64,000 nt of DNA from Candidatus Latescibacterota bacterium (GTDB lineage: Bacteria; Latescibacterota; UBA2968; GCA-2709665). The notes beneath the pieces were generated by a model. It was given only the letters and a program-made list of their open reading frames with translations. It was not told where the DNA came from and did not search any database. The stretch is from NCBI GenBank assembly GCA_963662665.2, contig CAXXJS010000032.1, positions 1-64,000 of the forward strand. The letters are read 5' to 3'. Positions 39,322 to 50,211 of this stretch are shown piece by piece (positions within the stretch are counted from its first letter, which is position 1; the number at the start of each line of letters is the position of its first letter). A program made the translations under genes and the position numbers.

Positions 39322-42300
39322 ATGACGGAGTCAGATCGGCAATTCGATTCTTCGGAAAAACGACGAACCGGACATGAAGGTCCCGTGTCCGCGCAACCCA
39401 TAGCGATCGTGGGTATAGCCTGTCGATTCCCAAGTGCGTCTGACGTTCCTGGATTCTGGCAATTGCTCGATTCTGGCGGAAACGCCGTCAGTGAGGGGGT
39501 GCCGGGTTCCGGCAGCGGGCGCGTCGGCGAACTGTTTCCGGACCGTGAAGCCCAGGCCGCCGCCTGCAGGTACGGCGCATACCTGGACGGGCTGGAACTC
39601 TTCGATGCGTCGTTCTTTCGCATTTCACCGGCCGAGGCGCAACTGCTTGACCCCCAGCAGCGACTCATGCTGGAGACAAGCTGGCGGGCTCTCGAGGATG
39701 CGGGGATGGATCCGGATGGTCTGAAAGGAAGCCGGACCGGGGTCTACGCCGGGATCAGCAACAACGAATACCGGGGCCTGATTCTGGATGCCAGCGACAC
39801 GGCAGAGCCGGCTCCCAGCCTCTATTCGGTAACCGGTACTTCTTTTAATACAGCGATCGGCCGGGTTGCTTACGTGCTGGGTCTGGAGGGGCCGGCGATT
39901 GCACTGGACACCGCCTGTTCCTCGTCGCTGGTCGCCATTCACCAGGCGGTCTCGGGCCTGGAACGTGGGGAGTCCGATCTCGCCCTGGCGGGAGGCGTAC
40001 ACGCGATTCTGTCCGGCCGACTGCTGGAAATGCGCGCAAATGCCGGCATGCTGTCGCCGGACGGGAGATGCGCAACGTTCGACGCGGCCGCGAATGGGTA
40101 CGTACGCGGCGAAGGATGCGGAATCGTGGTTCTGAAACGTTTGAGCGAGGCGGAGGCGGACGGGAACCGGATCTGGGCGGTAATCCGGGGATCCGCCGTG
40201 AACCAGGACGGGGCGAGCGCGGGACTCACGGTGCCTAACGAAGACGCACAAATGCGGGTCATGGAAAGTGCGATGCATCGTGCCGGTCTTCGACCCGTGG
40301 ACGTGGACTACGTAGAGGCGCATGGGACCGGAACCGAGGTGGGCGATCCCATCGAGGCACGCTCGACGGCTGCGGCCTATGGCAGGGGGCGCCAACCCGA
40401 CAATCCACTGTTGATCGGTTCCGTAAAGACGAACATTGGCCACCTGGAGGCCGCTGCGGGAGTCGCCGGTGTCATCAAGGTCGCGCTATCCATGAACCAG
40501 GGGATTATTCCACGGCATCTGCACTTCCGCAATCCGAATCCTGAAATGGACTGGGGACGAATGCCACTCCGGGTGACGGCCGATTCGACAGACTGGCCGC
40601 GTCATTCCCATCGTCCGTATCGGGCGGGCATCAGCGGGTTCGGATGGTCGGGAACGAACGCGCATGTGATCCTGGAGGGGTACGGAACCGGTGGCGAATC
40701 CACGGCGGATTTCGAAAGATTTCAGATGCCCGCCGGCTCTCCACTGAAAGTGGCCGTTTCGCCACGGAACGGAAAGGAAGAGGAATCCCTCTCAGGCAGG
40801 GACACACGTTTCCTCCCGCTATCGGGAAAGTCGAACGAGGCGCTTTGCGAACTGGCAGGGCGATACGTGAACTGGCTCGACTCGTGCGCTCTCGAAGCAG
40901 ACGACGCGGGCGCCGCCGGCGAGATGCTTGCCGATATGGTATGGACGGCAGGCGTGGGACGCAGCCATTTCACGCACCGGGCGGGCATCGTATTCAGTGA
41001 TGAGACGTCCCTGCGCGAGGGCTTGCGTGCGGTTGCGGATTCAGGCGCGGTAGCCGGCGTACAAACGCCCTCACGGGTCGCGTTCCTTTATACCGGTCAG
41101 GGTAGCCATTGGGTGGGCATGGGCGAGTCGCTGTACCGGACCGAGCCCGTGGCCCGGACCGTTTTAGACCGCTGCGACGCCGAACTGGCAAAAGAGCGGG
41201 GTGAATCGCTGCTGGATGCGATGTTCGGACGTTCGGGTGATCTTGCCGACCAGGTCTGGACGCAGGCGGGGATTTTTTCGCTGGAGTGCGCGTTGACGGC
41301 GCTGTGGGAGAGCATCGGCGTCTGCCCCCAGGTTGTGATGGGACACAGTTTCGGGGAACTCGCGGCGGCGCAGGCGGCGGGCGTATTCAGTCTGGAAGAA
41401 GGGGTGCGATTTGCCGCGGCAAGGGGTTCACTCGCGGCAACGCTGCCGGGCGGCGGAGCCATGGCCGCTATCTTCGCGGACGTTCCGCAGGTCGAAGCGG
41501 CGATAGGTGACCTGAATGCCGCTGCCAGGGGGACGGGTCTGTGCATAGCGGCGTTCAACGGCGCCCATCAGGTCGTGAGCGGACCGGAAGCCCTCGTCGA
41601 TGAGATCTCGGAGCGCTTTCTTTCCGAGGATATCCGGGTCAACCGCCTGAATACCGGAAACGCCTTTCACAGTCCGTTTGTGGATCCGATGCTGGACGGG
41701 TTGGAACGTGTGGTTGCGGGTCTCGAGACATCGCCACCAAAGCTCACACTCGTCAGCAACGTAACGGGCCGGGTGTTCGAACCGGGTGAGCGGATGGACG
41801 GCGCATACTGGCGCCGTCACACACGGGAGCCCGTGGCCTTCAGTCGAAGCATGGAAACGCTGGCGCGTATGGGCGTCGATTTGATTGTTGAAGTCGGACC
41901 CCACGCCGTGCTGGGATCGATGGCGACTCTGGCTTGGCCTGATACAGCCGGAAACACGGATCCGCCGGTTGCGCTTTCCAGCCTGCTGCGCCCCTCGACC
42001 CGGGTGTCGCAGGCCGAAGCCGACCGCGCGTTTACAAAGGCGGCGGCAAGCGCCTACGAGGCCGGTCTCCAGCTGTCGTTTTCCGGACTGTACGCAGGGG
42101 AAGCGCGCCGTCGCATCGCCCTGCCGGATTATCCGTTTCAGCGCCAGCGCCACTGGATTGATGCACCCCGTCGTCGCCGGACGAGATCGGATCACGCGTT
42201 GTTGGGTGAGCGGCACGAGTCGGCGAGTGGGGAAATTACCTTCGAGACGGATGTATTCCCGTCGGATCCCGAGTGGCTGAACGATCATCGGGTATTCGGC

Positions 42301-45300
42301 CGGGTCCTGGCGCCGGGTGCGCTCTATGGGGCTATGGCGGCATCCGCGGCATCTGCCGAGGTTGGGTCGTGCAATCTTGAGGACATGCAGTTGCACAACC
42401 CTCTCATCTTCCCGGAAGCCGGGGACGAATCCGGAGATGCGGGACGGAAGATCCAGGTTCTGTTCGATGGCGGCGAGGACGGGGCGTCACGCCGGGTCCG
42501 GATCCTCAGCAGAGGACAAGAAGGCGCGGAGTGGACGCTGCACGCAGAGGCGCAGATCGCGTCCGGACCTCCCGCACCTGGATCCGAACCATGCCCGGAT
42601 CTGAACAATCTGAAGTCTCGCATGTCGCCGGAGAATGTACCGGCGTTCTACCGCGCTAAAGCCGAGGTGGGTATCGACCTTGGTCCCCGGTTCCGTACGC
42701 TGGGGGCGGTCTGGTCCCGCCCGGGAGAGGCGCTGGGAGAGGTATCTCTCTCCGATGCACAGGATCGCGGCGGGCTCGATATCCATCCGCTCCTTCTGGA
42801 CGGGTGTTTTCAGGTGCTGGGCGCCGCGCGCAGTGCAGGAAGCGACGACGACGGAATTACCTATCTGCCGTTCGCCTGGGAACGGTTCTGGTTGGCGGGA
42901 CCGCTGCCCGATCAACTGGTCTGCCACGTACGAATGCGGGAAGACGCCAGCAACCGGGAGCCGGATGAGGAAGCCGGCGAACCTGCGGAGGTCCTTGCAG
43001 GGGACCTCCGCGTCTACGACGTGAACGGCGAACTGGTCGGCGAACTGACTGGTTATACCGTCAAACGCGCCACTCGGGCCACGCTGCTTGCAGCCGTGGA
43101 AGGACTCGACGAGCTTCTCTACGAGGTTGTATGGCGCGACGGAGCGCTGGCACCCGGACTGCTCGACGCCGACTTCCTCCCGAATCCGGAAACGGTCGCG
43201 GCGGGCTCGGGGTTTTTCACGAGGTACCTTGAGGCCGAAGGTGTGGGAGCAGAAGCCAGGGACGCTCTGCTTGAAGATCTCGAGTTGCTGTCTCGGTCCT
43301 ATGCCCTCCAGACGTTTGACAGGCTGGGTTGGGACCGTAAGGCGGGCGAGTCCGTGGATCCCGAAGAACTGCGCGAGCGATTGGGCGTCATTCCGGATCA
43401 CAAGCGCCTGTTCAGGAGACTGCTCGAAATGCTTTCCCGGTCGGGCGTGCTGAACGAAGCAGGCGATGGCTTTGTCGTTTTGGTCGGGTCCGGTGACGCG
43501 CTGCCCGAGGAACTGCGGGACGACGCCGACGATTGTGCGGTGAGTATGGCCGGGCTGCATTCTCACGGTTCCAATGAAATCGGTCTGTTTCGACGCTCCG
43601 GCAACGCACTGGCCGACGTGCTGCGCGACAAGGAGGACCCGCTCACGCTTCTGTTCAGCAGCGGAGAACCGACAGCGGCCGATCTGTATCTGAAGGCGCC
43701 TGTCGCGCGCGCTGCGAACAGGATGTTGGGCGACGCGATTCGGACGCTCGTAGCCGGATTACCGCGCGGACGGCAGTTACGCATCCTTGAAGTCGGGGCG
43801 GGTACCGGTTCGGCGACAGCGTCTGTATTGCCGGAGCTTCCGGACGGGAGTTTCAACTACACGTACACCGATATTTCGGCGGGCTTTTTCTCGGAGGCCG
43901 AGTCGCGTTTTGGAGACGACGCAGTCGAATATCGTGTGCTGGACATTGAGAAGCACCCCGGGGAACAGGGCTTCGAGGCACACGCATACGACCTGGTCAT
44001 TGCATCCAACGTGCTGCACGCTACGCGGTACCTCAACGATACACTCTCGCACTGCCGGGAGCTTCTCGCGCCGTCAGGGCAGTTGGTGGCGCTCGAAAAC
44101 CTGCGCGGCCAGGGTTGGCTGGACCTGACCTTCGGCCAGTTGGACGGCTGGTGGCGGTTCGCCGACGCCTATCGTCCGCACCACGCTCTGGCCAGCCCCG
44201 CGGTATGGCGGCAGGCGCTGGAGGACGCCGGCTTCGGAATAGTCGAGGTCCTCGGCGTGGACGAGTCGGGATTGGCCGGCATGCCCGACAGGGGCGTGAT
44301 TGTCGCGCAGGGGCCGGTGAAAGTGACCGAGCAGGCGGGTACATGGGTTCTCGCGGTCGACGAAGGCGGCGTCGCCGAACAATTGGCGGCGGAACTTGCG
44401 GCGCGGAACCAGACGGTGGTACTGGCGGGCAGGGAAGCTGAATCAAAATGCTCCTCTCGAGTCGTAAAAAAAAACGTGGATATGGAGCGGCGCGAGTCCT
44501 GGCGGGCGCTGCTGAGCGAACTTCCGGGCGACGCGCCTCTCACCGGCGTTGTGCATCTTGCGTCACTGGACGGCCATGGACCGCAGGCCACGACCGCGGA
44601 AATGGCGGCGGACGTGAAGCGGGTGACGGCGAGCGCGCTGGCGCTGGTCCAGGGCCTTCTCGACGCCGACCTGACACCTGAAAGGGGAACGTGGTTCATA
44701 ACGGGCGGCGCACAGATACTGGAGCAGGAACGCGGCGGACAGATTGCCGGCGCCACGTTGTGGGGTTTCAGCAAGGTGGCGGCGCGCGAGGCGCACCACT
44801 TGCAGCCGAGGATGATCGATCTCGATCCCGGCGACGCGGCGCCACTGACCGGCGTCGCGAACGAGCTTCTCTATCCGGATTCCGAAACTCACATCGCTTA
44901 TCGCTTTGGCCGCCGCCAGTGTGCACGGCTGGTTCGGGCGACGGATGTCACGGACCGGTTGACCCTGCCGGAGGAACCCGGATGGACGCTGGAACCGGAC
45001 GCCGGCGGCTCCCTCGACGCCATTCAGGTGGCGCCGGAGCCTGAGCAGCCGCTGGCGCCGGGGGAAGTGCGCGCCGCCATCGAAGCTTTCGGCCTGAACT
45101 TCCGGGACGTGTTCATCGCGCTCGGCCTCGTCGACGACTTCATGGGCGGGGAGTTCTGCGGCCGGGTGCTGGAGGTGGGAGACGGCGTCTCCGGCGTCGA
45201 GGTGGGGGATCGCGTCGTCGGAATGACCTTCCGGAACTACGGGTCGGAGACGGTGACCCTGGAAAAGATGATCGCTCCCGCGCCGAGGGGTTTCTCGGTC

Positions 45301-48300
45301 ACCGAGCTTGCGACGATTCCAACGGCATTCGTCTCGGCGGCGCTCTCGTTCGAGCTTTCGGGGCTGAACGCCCGCGACCGGGTACTCATTCATGCCGGGG
45401 CCGGCGGCGTGGGGCTGGCCGCCATCCAACTTGCCCGGGCGGCAGGAGCAGAGGTGTTTGCAACCGCAAGCGCGCGCAAGCGGGACTATCTGCGCTCGCT
45501 CGGCGTGGCCCACGTGTTCGACAGTCGCACGACGGCTTTCGGTGAGGAGATTCTTGACGCCACAGACGGCGCCGGGGTCGATATGGTGCTGAACAGCCTG
45601 ACCGGCGAGGGCTTCATCGAGGCAAGTCTCTCGTGCCTCGCGCACGGCGGTCGCTTCGTGGAAATGGGCAGGGTGGACATCCTGAGCGAGGACGAGATGG
45701 CGGCGGTCCGGCCGGACGTCTCGTACGACATTCTCATGATCGACGTTCTCAAGGAAGAAGAGCCCGCACGCGCCGGCGACATCCTGCGGCGCGTGATGGC
45801 GCGGCTCACGGCCGGCGAGTTGACTCCGCTCATCCACGCCCGATGGCCTGTGGCCGAGGCGGGGCGCGCGATGAAGTGCATGCAGGGTGGTCGTCACGTC
45901 GGCAAACTCGTCTTCACCAATTCGCCGCTGGCCCGAGGCCGGTTGCGAGACGACCGGACCTATCTGGTTACCGGAGGCCTCGGCGGGATCGGCTGCGCGG
46001 TGGCCGGCTGGCTGGCCGAACGCGGCGCCGGCGTTATCGCGCTCAACGGCCGGCGGCCCCCCGACCCCGAGGTTGAGGCGGAGATCGACGCGCTCCGCAA
46101 ACGCGGCGTCCGGGTACAGGTGGAACTCGCGGATGTGACCAGCGCCGATGCACTGGATGCGATGCTGGCGCGAATGGACCGGGACCTTCCGCCGCTTGGG
46201 GGTGTTATCCACAGTGTGGGCCTGCTTTCGGACGCATCGATAGGAAACCAGCGCTGGGAGACGTTTGAGGCGGTAATGTGGCCGAAGATTCTCGGAGCCT
46301 GGCACCTTCACCGTGCAACCGTGGAACGCGATCTGGACATGTTCGTCCTCTTTTCAAGTGTGGCGGGCGTGCTGGGCAATCCGGGCCAGTCGAACCACGC
46401 GGCGGCCAACGCGTTCCTGGATCAGCTCGCCGCCCATCGACGCGCGCAAGGGCTTCCCGGACAGGCCATCGCCTGGGGCGCATGGTCGGAGATTGGCGAA
46501 GCCGAGGAACAGCGGGAACGGATGACCCGGCGTTCGGCGACGACCGGAATCGAATGGATCACACCGCAGCAGGGGCTCCGCGCGTTCGACCGTCTGGTGC
46601 GCGAAGACGCCGATACCAGCGTTGTGCTGGCGAGGGACTGGGTCGTATTCGGTGAATCACTCGAAGACAGGCCGGACTTCCTCGAGGACCTGCTGTCAGC
46701 GGATGAGGACGGAAACGCCGACGATGCCTCCGCGCCGGACGATCTGATGGCCATGCTGGGGCAGTCGCCTGTTGCGGCCAGAGAGGCACTGCTGGTGTCG
46801 TTTCTGCAGCGGGAGGCGCAGGCGGTGCTGAGAATGCCGTCTGTTCCCGAACCCGCCGTAGGGTTTTTCGATCTGGGCATGGACTCTCTGATGGCGGTGG
46901 AGCTGAGGAATCGGCTCAACCGGGCCTTTTCAGGCGAGTATACTGCGCCGAACACCCTGGTGTTCGACTACCCGGACATCGCGAGCCTTGCCCGTCATCT
47001 GGCCGGAGAGCTGGGCGAGGTCAGCGGTGAACCGACCGCTCCGGAACAGTCCGGGCCCGAGCGTCAGCCCGTTCTGCAGCGGGAGAGCGGCGATGAAGGC
47101 ATTGCAATTGTGGGTATGGCGTGCCGGTTTCCCGGCGCCCCTGATCTCGATTCCTTCTGGCGTCTGCTCGAAGCGGGCAACGACGCAGTAACGGACGGAC
47201 GCGGCGATTCCGGTACCTGGGGTGGCCTCGCCAAAGACCTCCCGACTGAGTACGCCGCGTTCCGACAGGGCGGATTTGTGGATAAGATCGATCGATTCGA
47301 CTCCAGGTTCTTTCGAATCGCGCCGATAGAAGCACGAATGATGGACCCGCGGCAACGGATGCTGCTGGAAACGAGCTGGCAGGCATTGGAGGACGCAGGA
47401 ATTGATCCGGACGTGTTGAGGGGAAGTCGAACCGGGATCTATGCCGGCATTTCCGCCAGTGAATACCGCGACCTTATGTCAGGCGGCAGATACGGCGTCA
47501 GCTACCTGAGCACGGCAGGGAGCATGGCGGTAGGACGCGTGTCCTACGCGTTCGGTTTCGAGGGGCCGACAATGCCGGTGGAACTCAACTGCGCCTCGTC
47601 GCTGATCGCCGCGCACTATGCCGTTGCGGCCTTGCGGCAGGACGAAGTCGACATGGCCCTGATCGGAGGGACACATGCACTCCTTTCAGCGGACATTACC
47701 AGGGAAATGGCGGATCTCGGGATGTTGTCGGCCAGCGGTCGTTGCAGAGCCTTCGACGATTCCGCCGATGGATTCGTGCGAAGTGAAGGCTGCGGCGTCG
47801 TCGTACTCAAACGGCTGAGCAGGGCGGAAGCCGACGGCGACCGCATCTGGGCAGTCATACGGGGGTCCGCGGTCAATCAGAACGGAGTTAGCGCCGGACC
47901 CACCGTACCCAACGGTCCGGCACAGGAGCGGGTAATTGCGGAGGCGCTGTCGCGAGGAGGCATTGCGCCCTCGGACGTGGACTACCTGGAAGCGCATGGG
48001 GCAGGTTCCGAGTTTGGCGATTCCATTGAAGTGCAGGCGGCGGCAGCGGTCTACGGCAGGGAACGCGAAGTTGACCGGCCGCTGTTGATTGGCTCCGTGA
48101 AGACGAACATTGGCCATTTGGAGCCGGCCGCGGGGGTCGCAAGCCTGATCAAGACCGTGCTGGCGATAAATCGTGGCGTGATCCCGCGCAACCTCCACTT
48201 CCGGGAGCCGAACCCGAACCTGGACTGGGACAGTCTCCCCGTGAGCGTAGTGTCGGCCAATACCGAATGGCCGGCCCACCCCGAACGACCGCCGCGAGCA

Positions 48301-49581
48301 GGGGTGAGCGCCTTCGGTATATCGGGCACAAACGCCCATGTCGTGTTGGAAGGGTACGGACCTGCAGACGATTCACGCACCGATGCAGGCCCGATCCTCG
48401 CAGGCGCCCCATGCTCCGTCGACGTATCACTGCCGGAGCCAATGGCCGACCTGCCGCTGCCGGAGAACGACGTGTTACAGGCGCGTGAGACGCGGTTCCT
48501 GCCGCTTTCGGGAAAGGCGGGTGGCGCGGTAATTGACCTGGCGCGGCGTTATCTCGACTGGCTCGAACACAGGGCTGGCGATATAGCTTCCGAAACGGCG
48601 GCGGAAGACCTGCTGGCGGACATGGCCTGGACCGCCGGGGTAGGTCGCAGCCATTTCGACTACCGGGCGGGCGTGGTCTTCAGCGATGCCCCGTCGTTAC
48701 GTGAAGGGCTCATGCTGGTCGCACAGGCCGGCGATGAACCGGAAGCGGCGGCGGCCGGGAAGGTAGCGTTCGCATACACCGGGGAGGACGGCCAATGGGC
48801 ACGCATGGGTCTGTCGCTGTACAGAAGGGAGCCGGTGGTGCGAGCGGTCATGGATCGCTGCAACGAGATTCTTGGCAACACGCTGGGGGATTCGCTGTTG
48901 GACGCGATGTCCGAGGGCGCCGGATCGGACGGTGTCCTGAACGACCCGGTGTGGACGCAGCCTGTCGTCTATGCGCTGCAATGCGCGCTTACAGCGCTTT
49001 GGTCCAGTGTGGGTATCCGCCCGAACGCGGTCGTTGGACGAGGCGCGGGAGACCTCGCGGCGGCTCAGGCGGCGGGGGTTTTCTGTCTTGAGGAAGGATT
49101 GCGACTTGCATCGGCCCGGGGCGCTGAAGAACCTGTGGACGCCATTGCGGCCAAAACGCCTTCCATCGACCTCGTCAGCAGCGTTACCGGGCTGGTCGTT
49201 GCATCGGACGAGACATTCGACACTGAGTACTGGCGCCGCCAGACAGATGAACCCGGGTCGTTTCGCAATTGTGTCGGCACGCTGGCGGAATTGGACGTCA
49301 AAGTCATCGTGGCGGTCGGCCCGAACGGTGTAAACGGTGCCGACGTACTTCAGGCCCGGTCGAAGTCAGCCGAAGGCGACGAGGCTCCGGTTGTCATCGA
49401 CAGCCTGCAGTCTCCAACGTGCGACAATGCGGGGGCGGGTGACGGTGGGTTTGTTAAAGCGGTTGCGGACGTATACGAATCGGGGCTCGCGGTTTCCTTT
49501 GCGGGGTTGTTCGCGGGCGAAACCCGGCGCCGCGTCGCGTTGCCTCCATACCCCTTCCAGCGACGGCGCCACTGGATTTAA
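39322..49581 (+). CDS. supA: SupA-type type I polyketide synthase, KS-AT-DH-cMT-ER-KR-ACP-KS-AT0
   Basis: KS DTACSSS/HGTGT/NIGH; AT GHSFG...NAFHS; DH DHRVFG..LAP; MT LEVGAGTG; ER LIHAGAGGVG; KR TGGLGGIG; ACP GMDSL; second KS ELNCASS; terminal degenerate AT. This domain order matches the sponge-symbiont ubiquitous PKS. Confidence 0.88.
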   Translation: MTESDRQFDSSEKRRTGHEGPVSAQPIAIVGIACRFPSASDVPGFWQLLDSGGNAVSEGVPGSGSGRVGELFPDREAQAAACRYGAYLDGLELFDASFFRISPAEAQLLDPQQRLMLETSWRALEDAGMDPDGLKGSRTGVYAGISNNEYRGLILDASDTAEPAPSLYSVTGTSFNTAIGRVAYVLGLEGPAIALDTACSSSLVAIHQAVSGLERGESDLALAGGVHAILSGRLLEMRANAGMLSPDGRCATFDAAANGYVRGEGCGIVVLKRLSEAEADGNRIWAVIRGSAVNQDGASAGLTVPNEDAQMRVMESAMHRAGLRPVDVDYVEAHGTGTEVGDPIEARSTAAAYGRGRQPDNPLLIGSVKTNIGHLEAAAGVAGVIKVALSMNQGIIPRHLHFRNPNPEMDWGRMPLRVTADSTDWPRHSHRPYRAGISGFGWSGTNAHVILEGYGTGGESTADFERFQMPAGSPLKVAVSPRNGKEEESLSGRDTRFLPLSGKSNEALCELAGRYVNWLDSCALEADDAGAAGEMLADMVWTAGVGRSHFTHRAGIVFSDETSLREGLRAVADSGAVAGVQTPSRVAFLYTGQGSHWVGMGESLYRTEPVARTVLDRCDAELAKERGESLLDAMFGRSGDLADQVWTQAGIFSLECALTALWESIGVCPQVVMGHSFGELAAAQAAGVFSLEEGVRFAAARGSLAATLPGGGAMAAIFADVPQVEAAIGDLNAAARGTGLCIAAFNGAHQVVSGPEALVDEISERFLSEDIRVNRLNTGNAFHSPFVDPMLDGLERVVAGLETSPPKLTLVSNVTGRVFEPGERMDGAYWRRHTREPVAFSRSMETLARMGVDLIVEVGPHAVLGSMATLAWPDTAGNTDPPVALSSLLRPSTRVSQAEADRAFTKAAASAYEAGLQLSFSGLYAGEARRRIALPDYPFQRQRHWIDAPRRRRTRSDHALLGERHESASGEITFETDVFPSDPEWLNDHRVFGRVLAPGALYGAMAASAASAEVGSCNLEDMQLHNPLIFPEAGDESGDAGRKIQVLFDGGEDGASRRVRILSRGQEGAEWTLHAEAQIASGPPAPGSEPCPDLNNLKSRMSPENVPAFYRAKAEVGIDLGPRFRTLGAVWSRPGEALGEVSLSDAQDRGGLDIHPLLLDGCFQVLGAARSAGSDDDGITYLPFAWERFWLAGPLPDQLVCHVRMREDASNREPDEEAGEPAEVLAGDLRVYDVNGELVGELTGYTVKRATRATLLAAVEGLDELLYEVVWRDGALAPGLLDADFLPNPETVAAGSGFFTRYLEAEGVGAEARDALLEDLELLSRSYALQTFDRLGWDRKAGESVDPEELRERLGVIPDHKRLFRRLLEMLSRSGVLNEAGDGFVVLVGSGDALPEELRDDADDCAVSMAGLHSHGSNEIGLFRRSGNALADVLRDKEDPLTLLFSSGEPTAADLYLKAPVARAANRMLGDAIRTLVAGLPRGRQLRILEVGAGTGSATASVLPELPDGSFNYTYTDISAGFFSEAESRFGDDAVEYRVLDIEKHPGEQGFEAHAYDLVIASNVLHATRYLNDTLSHCRELLAPSGQLVALENLRGQGWLDLTFGQLDGWWRFADAYRPHHALASPAVWRQALEDAGFGIVEVLGVDESGLAGMPDRGVIVAQGPVKVTEQAGTWVLAVDEGGVAEQLAAELAARNQTVVLAGREAESKCSSRVVKKNVDMERRESWRALLSELPGDAPLTGVVHLASLDGHGPQATTAEMAADVKRVTASALALVQGLLDADLTPERGTWFITGGAQILEQERGGQIAGATLWGFSKVAAREAHHLQPRMIDLDPGDAAPLTGVANELLYPDSETHIAYRFGRRQCARLVRATDVTDRLTLPEEPGWTLEPDAGGSLDAIQVAPEPEQPLAPGEVRAAIEAFGLNFRDVFIALGLVDDFMGGEFCGRVLEVGDGVSGVEVGDRVVGMTFRNYGSETVTLEKMIAPAPRGFSVTELATIPTAFVSAALSFELSGLNARDRVLIHAGAGGVGLAAIQLARAAGAEVFATASARKRDYLRSLGVAHVFDSRTTAFGEEILDATDGAGVDMVLNSLTGEGFIEASLSCLAHGGRFVEMGRVDILSEDEMAAVRPDVSYDILMIDVLKEEEPARAGDILRRVMARLTAGELTPLIHARWPVAEAGRAMKCMQGGRHVGKLVFTNSPLARGRLRDDRTYLVTGGLGGIGCAVAGWLAERGAGVIALNGRRPPDPEVEAEIDALRKRGVRVQVELADVTSADALDAMLARMDRDLPPLGGVIHSVGLLSDASIGNQRWETFEAVMWPKILGAWHLHRATVERDLDMFVLFSSVAGVLGNPGQSNHAAANAFLDQLAAHRRAQGLPGQAIAWGAWSEIGEAEEQRERMTRRSATTGIEWITPQQGLRAFDRLVREDADTSVVLARDWVVFGESLEDRPDFLEDLLSADEDGNADDASAPDDLMAMLGQSPVAAREALLVSFLQREAQAVLRMPSVPEPAVGFFDLGMDSLMAVELRNRLNRAFSGEYTAPNTLVFDYPDIASLARHLAGELGEVSGEPTAPEQSGPERQPVLQRESGDEGIAIVGMACRFPGAPDLDSFWRLLEAGNDAVTDGRGDSGTWGGLAKDLPTEYAAFRQGGFVDKIDRFDSRFFRIAPIEARMMDPRQRMLLETSWQALEDAGIDPDVLRGSRTGIYAGISASEYRDLMSGGRYGVSYLSTAGSMAVGRVSYAFGFEGPTMPVELNCASSLIAAHYAVAALRQDEVDMALIGGTHALLSADITREMADLGMLSASGRCRAFDDSADGFVRSEGCGVVVLKRLSRAEADGDRIWAVIRGSAVNQNGVSAGPTVPNGPAQERVIAEALSRGGIAPSDVDYLEAHGAGSEFGDSIEVQAAAAVYGREREVDRPLLIGSVKTNIGHLEPAAGVASLIKTVLAINRGVIPRNLHFREPNPNLDWDSLPVSVVSANTEWPAHPERPPRAGVSAFGISGTNAHVVLEGYGPADDSRTDAGPILAGAPCSVDVSLPEPMADLPLPENDVLQARETRFLPLSGKAGGAVIDLARRYLDWLEHRAGDIASETAAEDLLADMAWTAGVGRSHFDYRAGVVFSDAPSLREGLMLVAQAGDEPEAAAAGKVAFAYTGEDGQWARMGLSLYRREPVVRAVMDRCNEILGNTLGDSLLDAMSEGAGSDGVLNDPVWTQPVVYALQCALTALWSSVGIRPNAVVGRGAGDLAAAQAAGVFCLEEGLRLASARGAEEPVDAIAAKTPSIDLVSSVTGLVVASDETFDTEYWRRQTDEPGSFRNCVGTLAELDVKVIVAVGPNGVNGADVLQARSKSAEGDEAPVVIDSLQSPTCDNAGAGDGGFVKAVADVYESGLAVSFAGLFAGETRRRVALPPYPFQRRRHWI

Positions 49582-49814
49582 CGAGAGGGGTCCTCACACC
49601 GGCGGCTTGAAATGAAAACCGCGATAGTGTACTTGAACAATATAGCAGAATGGCTGGGCGCAAGGCGTATTTTTACGGTATTGTCAACGCCGCGAACGGG
49701 GAACATCATTGCGCAAAAAGGACGCGCTCCAAAAAAACGGTTTGACTTGACGTGTTACGATCGCTATTTTACTTGTTAGTTCAACCATCAACCTAATATG
49801 AAAGGGTCATTTCA

Positions 49815-50054
49815 ATGGCGTCAACGGAAGATCGTATCAAGAAGCTCGTCGCGGAGAATCTTGAAGTGGACGGGCAACCTATCTCGCTGCCGGATGACCT
49901 GAACATCAGCCTGATGGAGGCCGGCATTTCCTCCGTGGACCTCGTCGCGTTCGCAAAACTGGTCGCGCAGGAATTCGACGTGAAATTTACGCTTCAGGAT
50001 TGCGGCGAGGTCAAGAGCATCCGGGACCTTTGCAATCGCCTGGATGCAGGGTGA
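49815..50054 (+). CDS. supB: Free-standing acyl carrier protein (SupB-like)
   Basis: 79-aa acidic protein with GISSVDL at the phosphopantetheine position, directly downstream of the PKS. Confidence 0.75.
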   Translation: MASTEDRIKKLVAENLEVDGQPISLPDDLNISLMEAGISSVDLVAFAKLVAQEFDVKFTLQDCGEVKSIRDLCNRLDAG

Positions 50055-50097
50055 TAAGCTTTCCAACCGGAAAGAGAGTGTTCACTGCTTGAGGGCT

Positions 50098-50121
50098 GGC
50101 CCCGGATTCCAATCCGGGGCC
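50098..50121. terminator. Perfect GC-rich hairpin after the ACP gene (terminator or mRNA-stabilising stem)
   Basis: GGCCCCGGATT-CC-AATCCGGGGCC, with no clear U-tract. Confidence 0.4.
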
Positions 50122-50211
50122 ACATTGAATTTGAGGAGAATCAATTCAAGTAACGGGACGCACGTGCGAGTTGAGACGTTAACCGATGACCGTACAGACG
50201 AGACCACTGAT

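Noticed and set aside
44563-46311. 582-aa minus-strand ORF and other long ORFs inside the PKS
   Set aside because: Codon-bias shadows of the PKS frame.
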